49,368 nucleotides of DNA, taken from a virus (taxonomy: Duplodnaviria; Caudoviricetes). The translations under genes and the position numbers were made by a program. Below, piece after piece: positions 6,888 to 16,616 of this stretch. Below the pieces are notes generated by a model. The model worked only from the letters and a program-made list of their open reading frames with translations. It was not told the DNA's origin and did not search any database. The stretch is from the IMG/VR virus record IMGVR_UViG_3300020045_009349, positions 1 through 49,368 of that record; one strand, given 5' to 3'. Within the stretch, counting starts at the first letter, position 1. Every line of letters begins with the position of its first letter.

Positions 6888-7620
6888 AATTATCTTCTAA
6901 AATTTTAATAAAATTGGCTGGTTTGATAATCCAATCAAAAGTAGCCGTCCAGCTTTCTTTGTTGTCACCTTGTAGAAATGGGGAATCCCGTGTTTTTTGA
7001 ATTACCGACAGAATCGATTCTTTGCCGTGTTGCTTTTCAAGAAGTTTAATCCTGTTTTTTCTGGCATCGGACATTTTTTTTACTTCTGGCAAAACCCCTC
7101 GGTTTGCATTAAAAAAAGAAAGAAGTTTATCAAAATCAATCTTGTGGGATGGAAGTTGATTTGGAAAATCAACAACTCCGTTAGGAGTATCTTCTTTTGT
7201 TTCTTTTTTTAAAAGAATATCAGTTACAGTATCATTTACATTAACAGTAACATTATCATTAACAGTTACACGTTCGTTTGGTTCGTTTTTTGAACCATTG
7301 GTTCGTTTGGTTCGATTTGGTTCAATTTGGTTCGATTCAGGAACAACTATTTTTCTTGCTTCACCGCTTTTTAAACCGGCTAATCGTCCTAATTCTTTTC
7401 GCCTTTCCTTGGTGGTTTCGTATTTGATTAAATCACGCTTCATTTGTAGTTTAATAGGCTCAAAAACAAGCTCTACCATCAAATCTTCTACCACGGGGTT
7501 TTCATCATTTACATAGGATAAAATCGTCATAAACAATTCTCCCTGTTTGTCTTTTGGCATCTTTCTAACGGTATGAATTAGATCAGAATACAACACAAAT
7601 GATTTTTTATCTTCTGCCAT
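6781..7620 (-). CDS. Phage replication initiator (DUF6291-like N-terminus)
   Basis: KKSFVLYSD...QGELFMTILSY N-terminus; NVTVNV low-complexity linker; WTATFDWIIKPANFIKILEDNY C-terminal domain. Confidence 0.8.
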   Translation of the reverse strand: MAEDKKSFVLYSDLIHTVRKMPKDKQGELFMTILSYVNDENPVVEDLMVELVFEPIKLQMKRDLIKYETTKERRKELGRLAGLKSGEARKIVVPESNQIEPNRTKRTNGSKNEPNERVTVNDNVTVNVNDTVTDILLKKETKEDTPNGVVDFPNQLPSHKIDFDKLLSFFNANRGVLPEVKKMSDARKNRIKLLEKQHGKESILSVIQKTRDSPFLQGDNKESWTATFDWIIKPANFIKILEDNYGNRENVRSLNSQRADANHKQSAVNAVNAMFGVQQ

Positions 7621-7628
7621 ATCAATTT

Positions 7629-8777
7629 TTACTTTTTAAATGGGACATTAGTTAGTTGTCGGCCATTGTTCCAGATAGCAAAACGGCCTTCGGTATCGAC
7701 TTCAATTTTCATTGTTTCAATCTTTCCAAATTGGTTTAAATTGCCACCTAAATCAACTACCCAAGCATTGCTTTTATTGGGATGAATTCGCATGGCGCGA
7801 CCAACGATTTGATAAAACAAAGACAACGACATCGTGGATCTGGCCATCAATACTGCTTCGAGTTCCGGATAATCAAACCCGGTGGTTAAAACACCCACAT
7901 TCACCACACATTTGATGATTCCTTTCTTGAATCTTGAAAGGATGCGTTCGCGTTCCTCTTTCTTGGTATCGGATGTTAAAAGAACAGATCCTGGAATACG
8001 TTTTACCACTTGCTGGGCTTCGCTGATCAAGGCACAAAAAATCAATAAATTAGGTTTTTTAGAAAGAATGTGCATGGCATATTTCACGATTCGGCTAGGC
8101 ATATCGATTGACTTGTAATACCTACTTAATGAAGCGGGTGTATAATCGGTTCCTGAACTGTTTAATTCTAGTTTGGAGCGATCAATTACGTCAAAGGAGT
8201 AATACTCCAGCTTTGCCAAAAAACCTGCGTCAAACAGCGTATTATTTTGAACGTAGTACAAGATTTTGTTGAAAATTCGTGGCGTGCTTCTGGTCAGGAA
8301 CGTAAGTTGTGGTCCTTCGCTGGTTTGCGAAAGTCGGTACGGTGTGGCGGTTAATCCCAAAACGTTGGCTTCCGGAAAATGATTGATAAACTCCTGGTAC
8401 ATTCCACCGTCCGAGTTTACCAAATGACATTCATCTATCAGGATATTTTTTAACCCAATGAATAAATGTTTTTTGTTAATGATGCTTCCAATGGTGCAAA
8501 AGGTAACTCTGCTAATGTATTTTTCACCAGCCGATGCGCTGTAAATTGAAGCTTTTCCATATTTAGAATACTTTTCGTAGTTCTGTTCCAGAATTTCTTT
8601 TGACGGCTGGAGGATAACCGTTTTACCCTCCAGCGGTGCTACTAAATTAGCAATAACAATAGATTTTCCAGCGCCTGTTGGTAGAACTATAACGGCATTG
8701 TCGTTTGACTTGCCTTGTAAATATTCCACTCCTAAACGTGTCGAATCTGCTTGATATGGCCTTAATTGAAATCCCAT
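7629..8777 (-). CDS. SF2 DEAD/DEAH-box helicase (RadD/UvsW-like)
   Basis: LRPYQ, LPTGAGKS, DECH, GLTATP, LTTGFD, QIVGRAMR. Confidence 0.93.
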   Translation of the reverse strand: MGFQLRPYQADSTRLGVEYLQGKSNDNAVIVLPTGAGKSIVIANLVAPLEGKTVILQPSKEILEQNYEKYSKYGKASIYSASAGEKYISRVTFCTIGSIINKKHLFIGLKNILIDECHLVNSDGGMYQEFINHFPEANVLGLTATPYRLSQTSEGPQLTFLTRSTPRIFNKILYYVQNNTLFDAGFLAKLEYYSFDVIDRSKLELNSSGTDYTPASLSRYYKSIDMPSRIVKYAMHILSKKPNLLIFCALISEAQQVVKRIPGSVLLTSDTKKEERERILSRFKKGIIKCVVNVGVLTTGFDYPELEAVLMARSTMSLSLFYQIVGRAMRIHPNKSNAWVVDLGGNLNQFGKIETMKIEVDTEGRFAIWNNGRQLTNVPFKK

Positions 8778-8779
8778 AA

Positions 8780-9394
8780 CTAAACGGCTTCTTCTTCAAA
8801 TTTGGCATTTTCAAAAGAAGCGTCTTCTGAGGCAAAATCCATGTGCATTTGTTCCGGTTGTGGAGCCACTTTTCCGTTCATGTAGAATTCCACTTCCTTG
8901 ATCACATTGTCCAAACATTCGGTTAATTGGGTCAAGTATAGATAACCTCCATTAAGTTTTACCTTTGGTGTATCATAAGAAAAAATGCCTTGAGTTACAT
9001 ATTTAGTAACTCCTAATGAAACAGATCTATTTTCTTCAACTCCACTGATTTTGAATCCAGAAACAAAATATTTTTCAATTTCTGTAGAATTTTCTAAAAC
9101 AGACAACTCTGTTGAATTATCATTTCCGGTATATGCATCATCTAAGTGAGCTGCAAAAACATTAAATTTAGAAAAAGCCATTTCTAAATCTTCATGCACA
9201 ATATGAGTGCCTTTTCTTGAAAGTCCATCGCCTTTCATTTTTCCGATTAATAATTCGTAGGAATAACTGCAAAGAGCATCTTTGAGCGAAGCACTTTTTA
9301 TTTCTACGTCTTTTTGAACTTGATCTGCAAATCCTTTGTTTGCAGCTTTAATGAATTTGTCTGCATCGATTGTGAAAACTTTTTCTTTTCCCAT
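8780..9394 (-). CDS. Hypothetical protein
   Basis: 204-aa ORF, first gene after the leader at 9454-9545. Confidence 0.75.
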   Translation of the reverse strand: MGKEKVFTIDADKFIKAANKGFADQVQKDVEIKSASLKDALCSYSYELLIGKMKGDGLSRKGTHIVHEDLEMAFSKFNVFAAHLDDAYTGNDNSTELSVLENSTEIEKYFVSGFKISGVEENRSVSLGVTKYVTQGIFSYDTPKVKLNGGYLYLTQLTECLDNVIKEVEFYMNGKVAPQPEQMHMDFASEDASFENAKFEEEAV

Positions 9395-9453
9395 GTTGTA
9401 ATTTTTTTGGATTGTTAATTATTAAAATTTGATTTGTGAAGTGGTTAAAAATG

Positions 9454-9545
9454 AAAAAATCCACAATCCTTCGGCTAATGTGGTACGCCTCCAGATTATG
9501 GATGAAATGTCTTTGGATATTAGTTTCGGGTACCACGCCAAAACT
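9454..9545 (-). promoter_or_regulatory. Leader RNA: small hairpin plus terminator-like hairpin with complementary loops
   Basis: Stem AGTTTTGG/CCGAAACT has loop CGTGGTAC. Stem ATCCATAATCT/AGGATTGTGGAT plus T-run has an apical GTACCAC. Confidence 0.55.
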
Positions 9546-9551
9546 TGATTA

Positions 9552-9607
9552 CAAACATACAAAAATTTGTAACAAATAAAGCTACAATTGTAACATATTT
9601 TATTACT
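9552..9607 (-). promoter_or_regulatory. Promoter with tandem operators
   Basis: TATGTTTG -7 box (9552-9559); TGTAAC-AAATAAA-GCTACA (9568-9586) and TGTAAC-ATATTTT-ATTACT (9589-9607). Confidence 0.7.
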
Positions 9608-9615
9608 ATTTTATT

Positions 9616-9987
9616 TTAAAAAAAAGCAAATTGATTGTTGCTTTTATCCAGGGTTCGGTTGGCTTGCTGCTGTAATCTGTATTCTTTGCTGATCCAGATT
9701 CGCAATGGCCGGTGATGGGCTTCTTTGAAAGTGCTTTTTTGGGTTCTTTCGGTGTCAAAAATTTGCTGGCTTTTTGACAGCTTTCGAAAAGGAACTCCAA
9801 AAATACTGGGTTGCGTTGGCGGTGGATTTCCGGCCTTGAAAAAGGCTCTTTTCAGATCATCTGATGTAAATGGCTGCATTTTGGTTTTTACCCAATTTTC
9901 AGCAAAGGCACATAGTTTTTCGCAATAGACTTTGTTGTTGTCTTCTACTTGCTGAACGGCTTCGTTGGTGATTTCGAATGGTGTCAT
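9616..9987 (-). CDS. Hypothetical protein
   Basis: ORF 9616..10023; likely start MTPFEI at 9987. Confidence 0.65.
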   Translation of the reverse strand: MTPFEITNEAVQQVEDNNKVYCEKLCAFAENWVKTKMQPFTSDDLKRAFFKAGNPPPTQPSIFGVPFRKLSKSQQIFDTERTQKSTFKEAHHRPLRIWISKEYRLQQQANRTLDKSNNQFAFF

Positions 9988-9989
9988 AG

Positions 9990-10193
9990 TTAAAAAGTGT
10001 TTTTTGCTTCGAATGCTGTACATGCGGCATCTTTACATTTAATTTTTAATAATCCGTTGTTAGTACGATTTGATTTCCTAACACCGCAATACTGGAATAC
10101 TTTAGAATTACATTCCCATCTTTGGCGATGCTCACAATCTTTACACGTATTTATTACTTCTGGAACCGTTTCTTCAATTTCAAATAGTTTCAT
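9990..10193 (-). CDS. Small Cys-rich hypothetical protein
   Basis: CKDCEH...C...C...CKDAAC. Confidence 0.65.
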   Translation of the reverse strand: MKLFEIEETVPEVINTCKDCEHRQRWECNSKVFQYCGVRKSNRTNNGLLKIKCKDAACTAFEAKNTF

Positions 10194-10630
10194 AAATACT
10201 GTTTATTATTTTCGATTTCTAATTCAATTTGTCTAATCATTACTAAATCGTTGGGTTCAGGAAGATATATTCCGGCTTCTTTGCTGGAGTAATCTCGAAA
10301 ACGATTAATGCACAATGTCATTTCATCTTTGGAAATAGTGGCGAGGCTTTTGTATTCAATACGAATTTCGCCTGTTTTCCTGTTGATGAATTCATACTGA
10401 AAAATTTCAGGGTTTACCAATTTCTTGAAATATTCAAGTTTGATATACTCCGTTGTTTCACCGTATTCCCAAGCAAACCAACCCATTATTAAATGAGCGT
10501 ACTTTAACTGTGGGTAGGTTTTAGGAACCCGCTTTTGTTTAAGTTCAAACATTTGTTTTGTGGCTATGAAAAACTTTATTTTTTCAACTGCTCGCTGGAT
10601 GTCGATTTGCTTTTCGGCGTTGTAGATCAT
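10190..10630 (-). CDS. NinB-like/Orf-like recombination accessory protein (tentative)
   Basis: TYPQLKYAH...KSLATISKDEM...GIYLPEP; TAATG coupling at 10630. Confidence 0.55.
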   Translation of the reverse strand: MIYNAEKQIDIQRAVEKIKFFIATKQMFELKQKRVPKTYPQLKYAHLIMGWFAWEYGETTEYIKLEYFKKLVNPEIFQYEFINRKTGEIRIEYKSLATISKDEMTLCINRFRDYSSKEAGIYLPEPNDLVMIRQIELEIENNKQYL

Positions 10631-10899
10631 TACTCGGTGGCTTTTTGTATTGCTTTTAAGCACTTGTCAATAATCATTTTGTCGTGTGATTCACCATTTT
10701 TGCCAAAGGCTACAGCCCATTGCAAAGCTTCTAACATTTCCGGTGCTGCTGCAATTAGTTTTGCGTTTGATTCTTGTTGTTTGTTTCCTATTTTAATAAC
10801 CCAGCAAGTTGCAATTATTGAATTTTCACTATCTACAATTTGATTATTAACAGCACCTCCCAAACTCCATTTTCCTTTTGTTCCTTTAAACTTTTCCAT
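10630..10899 (-). CDS. Conserved phage hypothetical protein
   Basis: FKGTKGKW...NAKLIAAAPEMLEAL motif common in phages. Confidence 0.75.
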   Translation of the reverse strand: MEKFKGTKGKWSLGGAVNNQIVDSENSIIATCWVIKIGNKQQESNAKLIAAAPEMLEALQWAVAFGKNGESHDKMIIDKCLKAIQKATE

Positions 10900-10901
10900 A
10901 A

Positions 10902-11642
10902 CTAAAAAGGTGTTTTTCCAAAATTAATTTTCATTCCGTTGCTCGCTACGGTGACGTTTTTTCCAGTCAATTCAGAAACTTCTTTATGAAATTGCTTTTC
11001 ATCTGAATTGCTATCGGATAAATGGATAAGTACAATGTTGTTTACTTTTGACAAGTCATTTGCTGACAACATATCTTTACAATTCGCCAGGGAAAAGTGA
11101 GATTTTAGAATTCTATTTCTCAAAAATTCCATTCCACTTTCGGACCCAAATTTCCGGTCAATGATTTCCTTGGAGAAATTGGCTTCGATAATGATATTGT
11201 TCAACCCCTTGAAAGTGTATTCGCAATAATTAGTATCGGTCAAGAAAAGCACTTTTCCACAATCTGGATGCTCGATCAAGAATCCCAAAGGTTCTGCTGC
11301 ATCGTGTTTCACGTCGAAAGCCAGTATTTTGAAATTTCCAATTTGGAAGGTTTGTTTTGATTTTATCATTGTTGCTCTTGGAAGCGAAAAAACAAAGCGT
11401 TTTTCCAATGTTCCTTTTGAAGCATACATATCGATTCCTAATTTCATCACATCATAAATTGCTTTAGAGTGGTCAAAATGTTCGTGAGTGCAAAGACATC
11501 CAACGACTTTGCTTAAATCGAAATTCAAGGCTTTCTTGATGTCTATCACGTTTACACCGCATTCGATTAATAAAGCTTCATCCCCATTGCTGAGGATGTA
11601 AGCATTACCTTTTGAACCGGTTCCTATGATTTGGAGTTCCAT
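10902..11642 (-). CDS. Metallo-beta-lactamase-fold hydrolase (putative exonuclease partner of RecT)
   Basis: GTGSKGN, THEHFDH, HDAAEP, TDT, IEAN, HLS. Confidence 0.92.
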   Translation of the reverse strand: MELQIIGTGSKGNAYILSNGDEALLIECGVNVIDIKKALNFDLSKVVGCLCTHEHFDHSKAIYDVMKLGIDMYASKGTLEKRFVFSLPRATMIKSKQTFQIGNFKILAFDVKHDAAEPLGFLIEHPDCGKVLFLTDTNYCEYTFKGLNNIIIEANFSKEIIDRKFGSESGMEFLRNRILKSHFSLANCKDMLSANDLSKVNNIVLIHLSDSNSDEKQFHKEVSELTGKNVTVASNGMKINFGKTPF

Positions 11643-11644
11643 AA

Positions 11645-12676
11645 TTAGAATCCTGGTCCTCCTACTGGAACTTCTTCTTCCGTTGCTACTTCTTCCGGAA
11701 TTTCAAGTTCTTCTTTAACTTCTGGAACGGCAGCAGCTATTTGCAAAACTTCGGCATCAACTACCTCAGCATCTTCAAAGTCCAATGATTGTTTGTTTGC
11801 GTTGGCAATAACATCATTCTGAACAATGGCATCTTTCATTTCGCTTTCCTTTTGGATGATAGCCAAATAATTGTCGTCAATCTTTTTGCTGTCAATAGTG
11901 ATAGCATTAAAAGCGTTTCTTGAAATTGTTTTCAAGGCCATTTCTTCAAACCAACCATCAATTTTTTCTTTGCCTACTTTTTTGCCACCTACCCATTTAT
12001 CTTTTTCACCGCCCCAAAATTCTGCTGAAGCATAAGCCGGCTTTCTTTTTTCGATGTCTTTCAATGAAAAAACTTTCAACTTGTTTTTTGTTGGAAAGTC
12101 CTCAAATTCGTGGTACCAAAAACCGCCTACTACTTCGCCACGGTTAAAGTTATCCGTGATTTGAAAGTCATAGCTTTCAACCTCATTGTTGCGGTCCTTT
12201 TTGTACTGTTTGAAAGTGTCATTAGAGTAAACTAATTCTACTACAACATCCGTTGGAACTTCCAAACCGTATTTTTTAGCTTTCAATTCCATTCCTCGGT
12301 AGCCAATCACAAATCCCATATCGTATTTGTTATTTGCCGTGTTTTTGTAAGGAATCATATTGATATGATTTGGCTGTGTTGGATCAAGCTCGACACTTGA
12401 AAAAGCAATCACATCAACTGCTAATTTTGACATATTCACGTTTTCCCAAGTAAGGGATAATCCATCGCGATATTCCTCTGATTTTGCCAAACGTTTCTTT
12501 TCAGCATCTTTCAGGGTTTGATCTATCTTGATGAAATAGTTCTGGCAAAGTTTCTTTTGGAAAGGAGTTATGGTAACTTCTCCATTGTTTGAAGAAAACT
12601 CTTTGATCACCGCGCCCGTGAATCTTTCACTTTGTGATAATGGCGCTTTTTTTACTTCTGCTACTTGTGTGCTCAT
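11645..12676 (-). CDS. recT: RecT-like single-strand annealing protein
   Basis: IPYKN...IGYRGME...VVELVYSND...RGEVVGGF...WFEEMALKT; located between the AAA ATPase and MBL genes. Confidence 0.8.
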   Translation of the reverse strand: MSTQVAEVKKAPLSQSERFTGAVIKEFSSNNGEVTITPFQKKLCQNYFIKIDQTLKDAEKKRLAKSEEYRDGLSLTWENVNMSKLAVDVIAFSSVELDPTQPNHINMIPYKNTANNKYDMGFVIGYRGMELKAKKYGLEVPTDVVVELVYSNDTFKQYKKDRNNEVESYDFQITDNFNRGEVVGGFWYHEFEDFPTKNKLKVFSLKDIEKRKPAYASAEFWGGEKDKWVGGKKVGKEKIDGWFEEMALKTISRNAFNAITIDSKKIDDNYLAIIQKESEMKDAIVQNDVIANANKQSLDFEDAEVVDAEVLQIAAAVPEVKEELEIPEEVATEEEVPVGGPGF

Positions 12677-12720
12677 TTTGAATTATTTAAGTTTGATTTA
12701 TAAAGTTTAAAGATACGGAT

Positions 12721-12743
12721 AATGTAACAAAAATTGTTACATT
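12721..12743. promoter_or_regulatory. Perfect palindromic operator AATGTAACAA-AAA-TTGTTACATT upstream of recT
   Basis: 10-bp perfect inverted repeat; strongest copy of the phage-wide motif. Confidence 0.7.
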
Positions 12744-12749
12744 TTTAAA

Positions 12750-12775
12750 TAAAAAGGTTGTTAGGCACAACCTTA
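12750..12775 (-). terminator. Intrinsic terminator after the AAA ATPase gene
   Basis: AAGGTTG...CAACCTT stem followed by a T-run on the minus strand. Confidence 0.55.
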
Positions 12776-12797
12776 AAAGCCATTGTTTCAGGATTAA

Positions 12798-14810
12798 TTA
12801 TGCTACTCTTAGCTTTTTGTCCTCTCCCGAAACTATCAGGTTAATTAATTGACTTTGAATGTCGATTACCTTTACAATTGATTCACGGTTATCAATGAAT
12901 ATTGGCGCTGTCACTTGGTAAAACTCGCAAAGCGTGTTGATTATGTCCAAGCCGGCATTTATCTTCGAAGCCGTGTTGGCATCGCTGAACGGAACACCGT
13001 CAATTAAAGCATCACAACATTCAGATTCTCCACCGTTGATTTGCGTTTCGAACATTCTAAAATTTACGAACTTGAATTTCTCGTTGATTTTCGCTTCCAG
13101 CGTGTCGATTTTCAGTTTGTTGAAACGTTCGATTACAAATTGCGTTTTTTCGACATCGGCAATTTGTTGAGCTAAATGTTTTTCTTCAAGTTCCAACTCT
13201 GCAATTCGATTGTCAACCATTTGTATCTGGTCCTCGTTGCGCAACTGTGATTTGATTTGGTCAATAGCCGTCACCAAGGCTGAACGGGTGTTTTGCAATT
13301 CTGAAATATCAACCACCGGAACATCTTCTATAGTTGCCAGAATGGTTTTTAGTTCCTGTTGCAATGTTGCGTAGTTTTCGCTTGCCAAAAGGATATTTTG
13401 GTAAACTGCTGTTTCGTCAACTGTTGCTGTTGGTATGGCTTTTGAATTTTCGGCTTCAATCTCTAATTGTAAAGCTTCAATTTCATTGCCTAAATCAACA
13501 ATCATTTTTTCTCCTTTTTCGATTCGTTCCTTAAAGGCCAACACTTCGTTTTTAATGATTTCTTTCTCGTCTGATAAACGCTTTCCTTGTACTTGTATTG
13601 ATTCAAGGTTATTCGCTTTTACGGTTTTGAAATTGGAAATCATTTCGGATTTTTTGCCTTCAACGTCTCCAGCTTCAAAATCACGTTTGCACGTTGGACA
13701 ATGAAAATCATTATCGTTGAATGTCAATTCCTTTGCGTTTTCAAATCCCCAGGCTTCGCGTTTTGCAAGGATCTGTTTTTCAATATTGTCAAAATCTTCG
13801 GTTCGCATTATCTTTTTCGAATGCAATAACTGAACGCCATTTTTAGCACTTTGCAAGTCGGCCACTTTTGCTTCGTGGGTTCTTTTCAAACCATCCAAAA
13901 CCGATGTGTCAGGAATTGATTTGCGTTGTGATTCTCTTTTTGCGTTGGCTTCAATCGTTTCAATGTCCGATTTTATGCTGTTGGCTTTGGCTTTCTTTTG
14001 GTTCACTTCGGCAAGAGCTCCATCAAAAGCGGCCGATTTGTTTTGGATGCTTTCGTCTACCTTTTTGAGTTCTTTTTCCTTAAGGTCAAGACCTATTTTC
14101 AGATTGACAAAATCAACTGCTTCTGGACGTGATTTAGAAACCTCATCAATTCGGGTTGGAATTCCTTTAAGATCTTCTTTTGCTTTTTTGATGGAAGCCA
14201 AGATTTGTTTTTGGAAATCTTGAAGTGTTTTTCCATTGGTCAATTGCGATACCAGTTTTTCGTATTCTGAATTTCCGGCTGCCAAATCATCGTCTGAAAT
14301 GTGTCCTGCGATGTCTATCAAAACATTTCTGCGGTCTTGCCATTTCAAGGAATTAAAAGCCAGTGGATTTGTGATCAGTTTAAAAACTGTTTCGTCAAGT
14401 ATTGCACTCACTTTTTCCTGAAATGCTTTTTGCTGCATTGGAACTCCATCCCAATAATACTCGGTTACGTTTCCTGAGAACTCGGTGGTTTCAGAACCTC
14501 TTTTCTTTACCCAGTTTTCTTTGAGTATTCGCGATATGATAATCTCGACATGATCTACCACGATTGTAGCTGAAACTTCGTGCTCTATTTTTGGGATGGC
14601 TACATTGAATTTGTCCAATGTTTTGACCTCAAAATCTTTTCTGTCTGTGGAATCCTTGCCAAACAACAGCCAAGTAAAGGCATCGAAGATGGTTGTTTTT
14701 CCGGTTCCGTTTGCTCCAAAAATATCAGTGTTTTTGTCGAAGCTGATTTTCTGATTTCTCAACCCCTTGAAGTTGGTAAGGTTGATTTCTGAAATTTTAA
14801 TTGTTTTCAT
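12798..14810 (-). CDS. AAA/SMC-Rad50-like ATPase
   Basis: NFKG, GANGTGKT Walker A, coiled coils with CPTC zinc hook, PIFIDNRES Walker B/D-loop. Confidence 0.9.
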   Translation of the reverse strand: MKTIKISEINLTNFKGLRNQKISFDKNTDIFGANGTGKTTIFDAFTWLLFGKDSTDRKDFEVKTLDKFNVAIPKIEHEVSATIVVDHVEIIISRILKENWVKKRGSETTEFSGNVTEYYWDGVPMQQKAFQEKVSAILDETVFKLITNPLAFNSLKWQDRRNVLIDIAGHISDDDLAAGNSEYEKLVSQLTNGKTLQDFQKQILASIKKAKEDLKGIPTRIDEVSKSRPEAVDFVNLKIGLDLKEKELKKVDESIQNKSAAFDGALAEVNQKKAKANSIKSDIETIEANAKRESQRKSIPDTSVLDGLKRTHEAKVADLQSAKNGVQLLHSKKIMRTEDFDNIEKQILAKREAWGFENAKELTFNDNDFHCPTCKRDFEAGDVEGKKSEMISNFKTVKANNLESIQVQGKRLSDEKEIIKNEVLAFKERIEKGEKMIVDLGNEIEALQLEIEAENSKAIPTATVDETAVYQNILLASENYATLQQELKTILATIEDVPVVDISELQNTRSALVTAIDQIKSQLRNEDQIQMVDNRIAELELEEKHLAQQIADVEKTQFVIERFNKLKIDTLEAKINEKFKFVNFRMFETQINGGESECCDALIDGVPFSDANTASKINAGLDIINTLCEFYQVTAPIFIDNRESIVKVIDIQSQLINLIVSGEDKKLRVA

Positions 14811-14825
14811 TGCTCTAAAGTTTGA

Positions 14826-14948
14826 TTATTGTTTTAATATGAAGTAAGTAAATAAGGAACCTAATAATGTTCCAAGTGTAAGTGCCAGAAGCACACCGTA
14901 ACAGAAAATTGAAAATAGTCTGTTCGCTCTTTCGTCGTCGTAGTTCAT
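14826..14948 (-). CDS. 40-aa single-TM protein (MNYDDERANRLFSIFCYGVLLALTLGTLLGSLFTYFILKQ)
   Basis: Read manually; ATGA overlap with the upstream ORF. Confidence 0.6.
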   Translation of the reverse strand: MNYDDERANRLFSIFCYGVLLALTLGTLLGSLFTYFILKQ

Positions 14949-15109
14949 GATACTTTTTTTAAACGTTTATCGTATTGGTCACACTCATATTGCCACCTCA
15001 TTGAGAGGATAAACTCATCGAAGAATGTTTTTTCTTCGCCACTTATTGCATCATAAGTTTTTCCGTTGATAAGCCACTTGCCTAATGTTTTTCTTATTTC
15101 TATTTTCAT
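14945..15109 (-). CDS. 54-aa hypothetical protein (MKIEIRKTLGKWLINGK...)
   Basis: Read manually; coupled to its neighbours by ATGA overlaps. Confidence 0.6.
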   Translation of the reverse strand: MKIEIRKTLGKWLINGKTYDAISGEEKTFFDEFILSMRWQYECDQYDKRLKKVS

Positions 15110-15330
15110 AGCGATTTCATTTTTTTAAAGGTGGAAATTGTTTCTTCTGAATACACTGGATTAACACGTCTGGTCACGTGGCCAAAAGAGTTTCTTTGTT
15201 CCGTAACTGGGGTATTGTTTACATTGTCACTTACTTCGATGAAGTGGTGAAACCCGCTTTCTTTAACTGCGACTACCTGTAGGAACTTGCCCATAGGTGT
15301 TTTGTAGATTTGCTTTAATTCTATTGCCAT
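15106..15330 (-). CDS. Hypothetical protein
   Basis: 74-aa ORF in the coupled operon. Confidence 0.65.
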   Translation of the reverse strand: MAIELKQIYKTPMGKFLQVVAVKESGFHHFIEVSDNVNNTPVTEQRNSFGHVTRRVNPVYSEETISTFKKMKSL

Positions 15331-15431
15331 TATCCTTTCATATTTCCGAAGGTTATTACTAAAGACGATGCAATTGCAATGAGCGTCCAGAAAACGAATG
15401 CGTTTCTCTGTAATTTGGTTGGTTTTTCCAT
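15330..15431 (-). CDS. 33-aa single-TM peptide (MEKPTKLQRNAFVFWTLIAIASSLVITFGNMKG)
   Basis: Read manually; TAATG coupling at 15330. Confidence 0.55.
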   Translation of the reverse strand: MEKPTKLQRNAFVFWTLIAIASSLVITFGNMKG

Positions 15432-15442
15432 GGTTAAGAATA

Positions 15443-15661
15443 TTAAGTTAAGAAATCAGTTATTAAAAAATCGTCCAGCATTTCATCAAATTGAGGCACT
15501 TGCAGAATATAAGCAAGGGATAAAAGTTCTTCGGCCACTTCTTTTGAAATGTCTTTTTTGTCAAATTCTCTTCGGATCAAGGCACCCATAAAATTTTTGG
15601 TTTTTTTGTTTGCCAACGATGTTTTTCCAAAGGAGTGTAGTAATTGTGATTTATCTTTCAT
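15443..15661 (-). CDS. Hypothetical protein
   Basis: ORF 15443..15694; likely start MKDKSQ. Confidence 0.6.
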   Translation of the reverse strand: MKDKSQLLHSFGKTSLANKKTKNFMGALIRREFDKKDISKEVAEELLSLAYILQVPQFDEMLDDFLITDFLT

Positions 15662-15741
15662 TATCTTTGTTTTTTTATTGCTCTCGACAAGCATTATTGA
15701 AGTTTGATTATAAAGCCGCTTTCTGCTCGATTGCGGCTTTT

Positions 15742-16002
15742 TTATTTTAAAAGGGTAAGATTGCTTATCAACTCACTTTTTTTGTATCTGCGTTCATTAT
15801 CGATTCCATAGGCTTTGATTCTGCCCTCTTTTTGCCACTTTATAATTGTAGGTTTCGAAACCTTGTAAAAAGCGCAAACTTCTGTTTGTGTTAAAAGTTC
15901 CTCTTGGTCCTTTTGCGGGTTCATTATTTCCAGAATGCCACGGATGATTTCGTCTTGAAATTCCTTTGGGCTTACTTCGATGAATTGGATTCTTTTTTCC
16001 AT
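15742..16002 (-). CDS. Excisionase-like MerR/HTH_17 DNA-binding protein
   Basis: ELLTQTEVCAFYKVSKPTIIKWQKEGRIKAYGIDNERRYKKSEL. Confidence 0.85.
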   Translation of the reverse strand: MEKRIQFIEVSPKEFQDEIIRGILEIMNPQKDQEELLTQTEVCAFYKVSKPTIIKWQKEGRIKAYGIDNERRYKKSELISNLTLLK

Positions 16003-16221
16003 CTATACAGCAATTAAGATTTGAGATTCTTTCAATCCGGTATGTTCCTTTAATACCGTGAGTGTTATAGGGTAGCGTGTGAGTGCTTTTTCCCTAGCTG
16101 GTCTGGCAACATAGTCGTAAACCGTGCTTGGTTCGATACCGAGCTGTTCGCCAATTTTTTTGCGGAGAGGAATATCATTTCTAATGATCTTTTTCACTTC
16201 CTCGGATAGTTTTCTTTCCAT
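16003..16221 (-). CDS. Cro-like HTH protein
   Basis: 72 aa, KIGEQLGIEPSTVYDY helix-turn-helix, divergent from the repressor. Confidence 0.7.
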   Translation of the reverse strand: MERKLSEEVKKIIRNDIPLRKKIGEQLGIEPSTVYDYVARPAREKALTRYPITLTVLKEHTGLKESQILIAV

Positions 16222-16523
16222 TGATTTGTTATTTATACTGATTCTAAGAACATTATGTTGAAATTGTGTGTATCTTCGATGTCCATTTATGTAATATTAT
16301 TTGTTCATAGTGCCGTTGTTGTATCGAAAACAGATTCATATTTCAAATCCAACGGCTTGTTTTTTTTGCGCTCTTCAGGATGGCGTAATGACTAAAAAAG
16401 GATTCCAAATTAATTCTGGTTAACTTGGCTTTTTTATCACAAGGCTTACACCCCAGCGCACCATTAGCAACAGACGACCGTTTTTTATGGTTTGTTCAAG
16501 ATGTCAAATAACTTTTTTTACTG

Positions 16524-16584
16524 TACATTTGCCATTGGCGTTTGTACAGGAGCAAATATACAAACAAACGAAAGTATTTTGCAA
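16524..16584. promoter_or_regulatory. Lysis/lysogeny switch promoters
   Basis: Plus-strand TACATTTG (16524-16531) and minus-strand TATATTTG (16553-16560), the latter with TTG about 21 bp upstream. Confidence 0.55.
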
Positions 16585-16616
16585 GTAAAATGTAATAAAT
16601 AATTGCAAATTACTTT

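Noticed and set aside
9348-9536. 62-aa ORF (likewise 4287..4478)
   Set aside because: It overlaps the structured leader and the next gene's start, and has no protein-like features.
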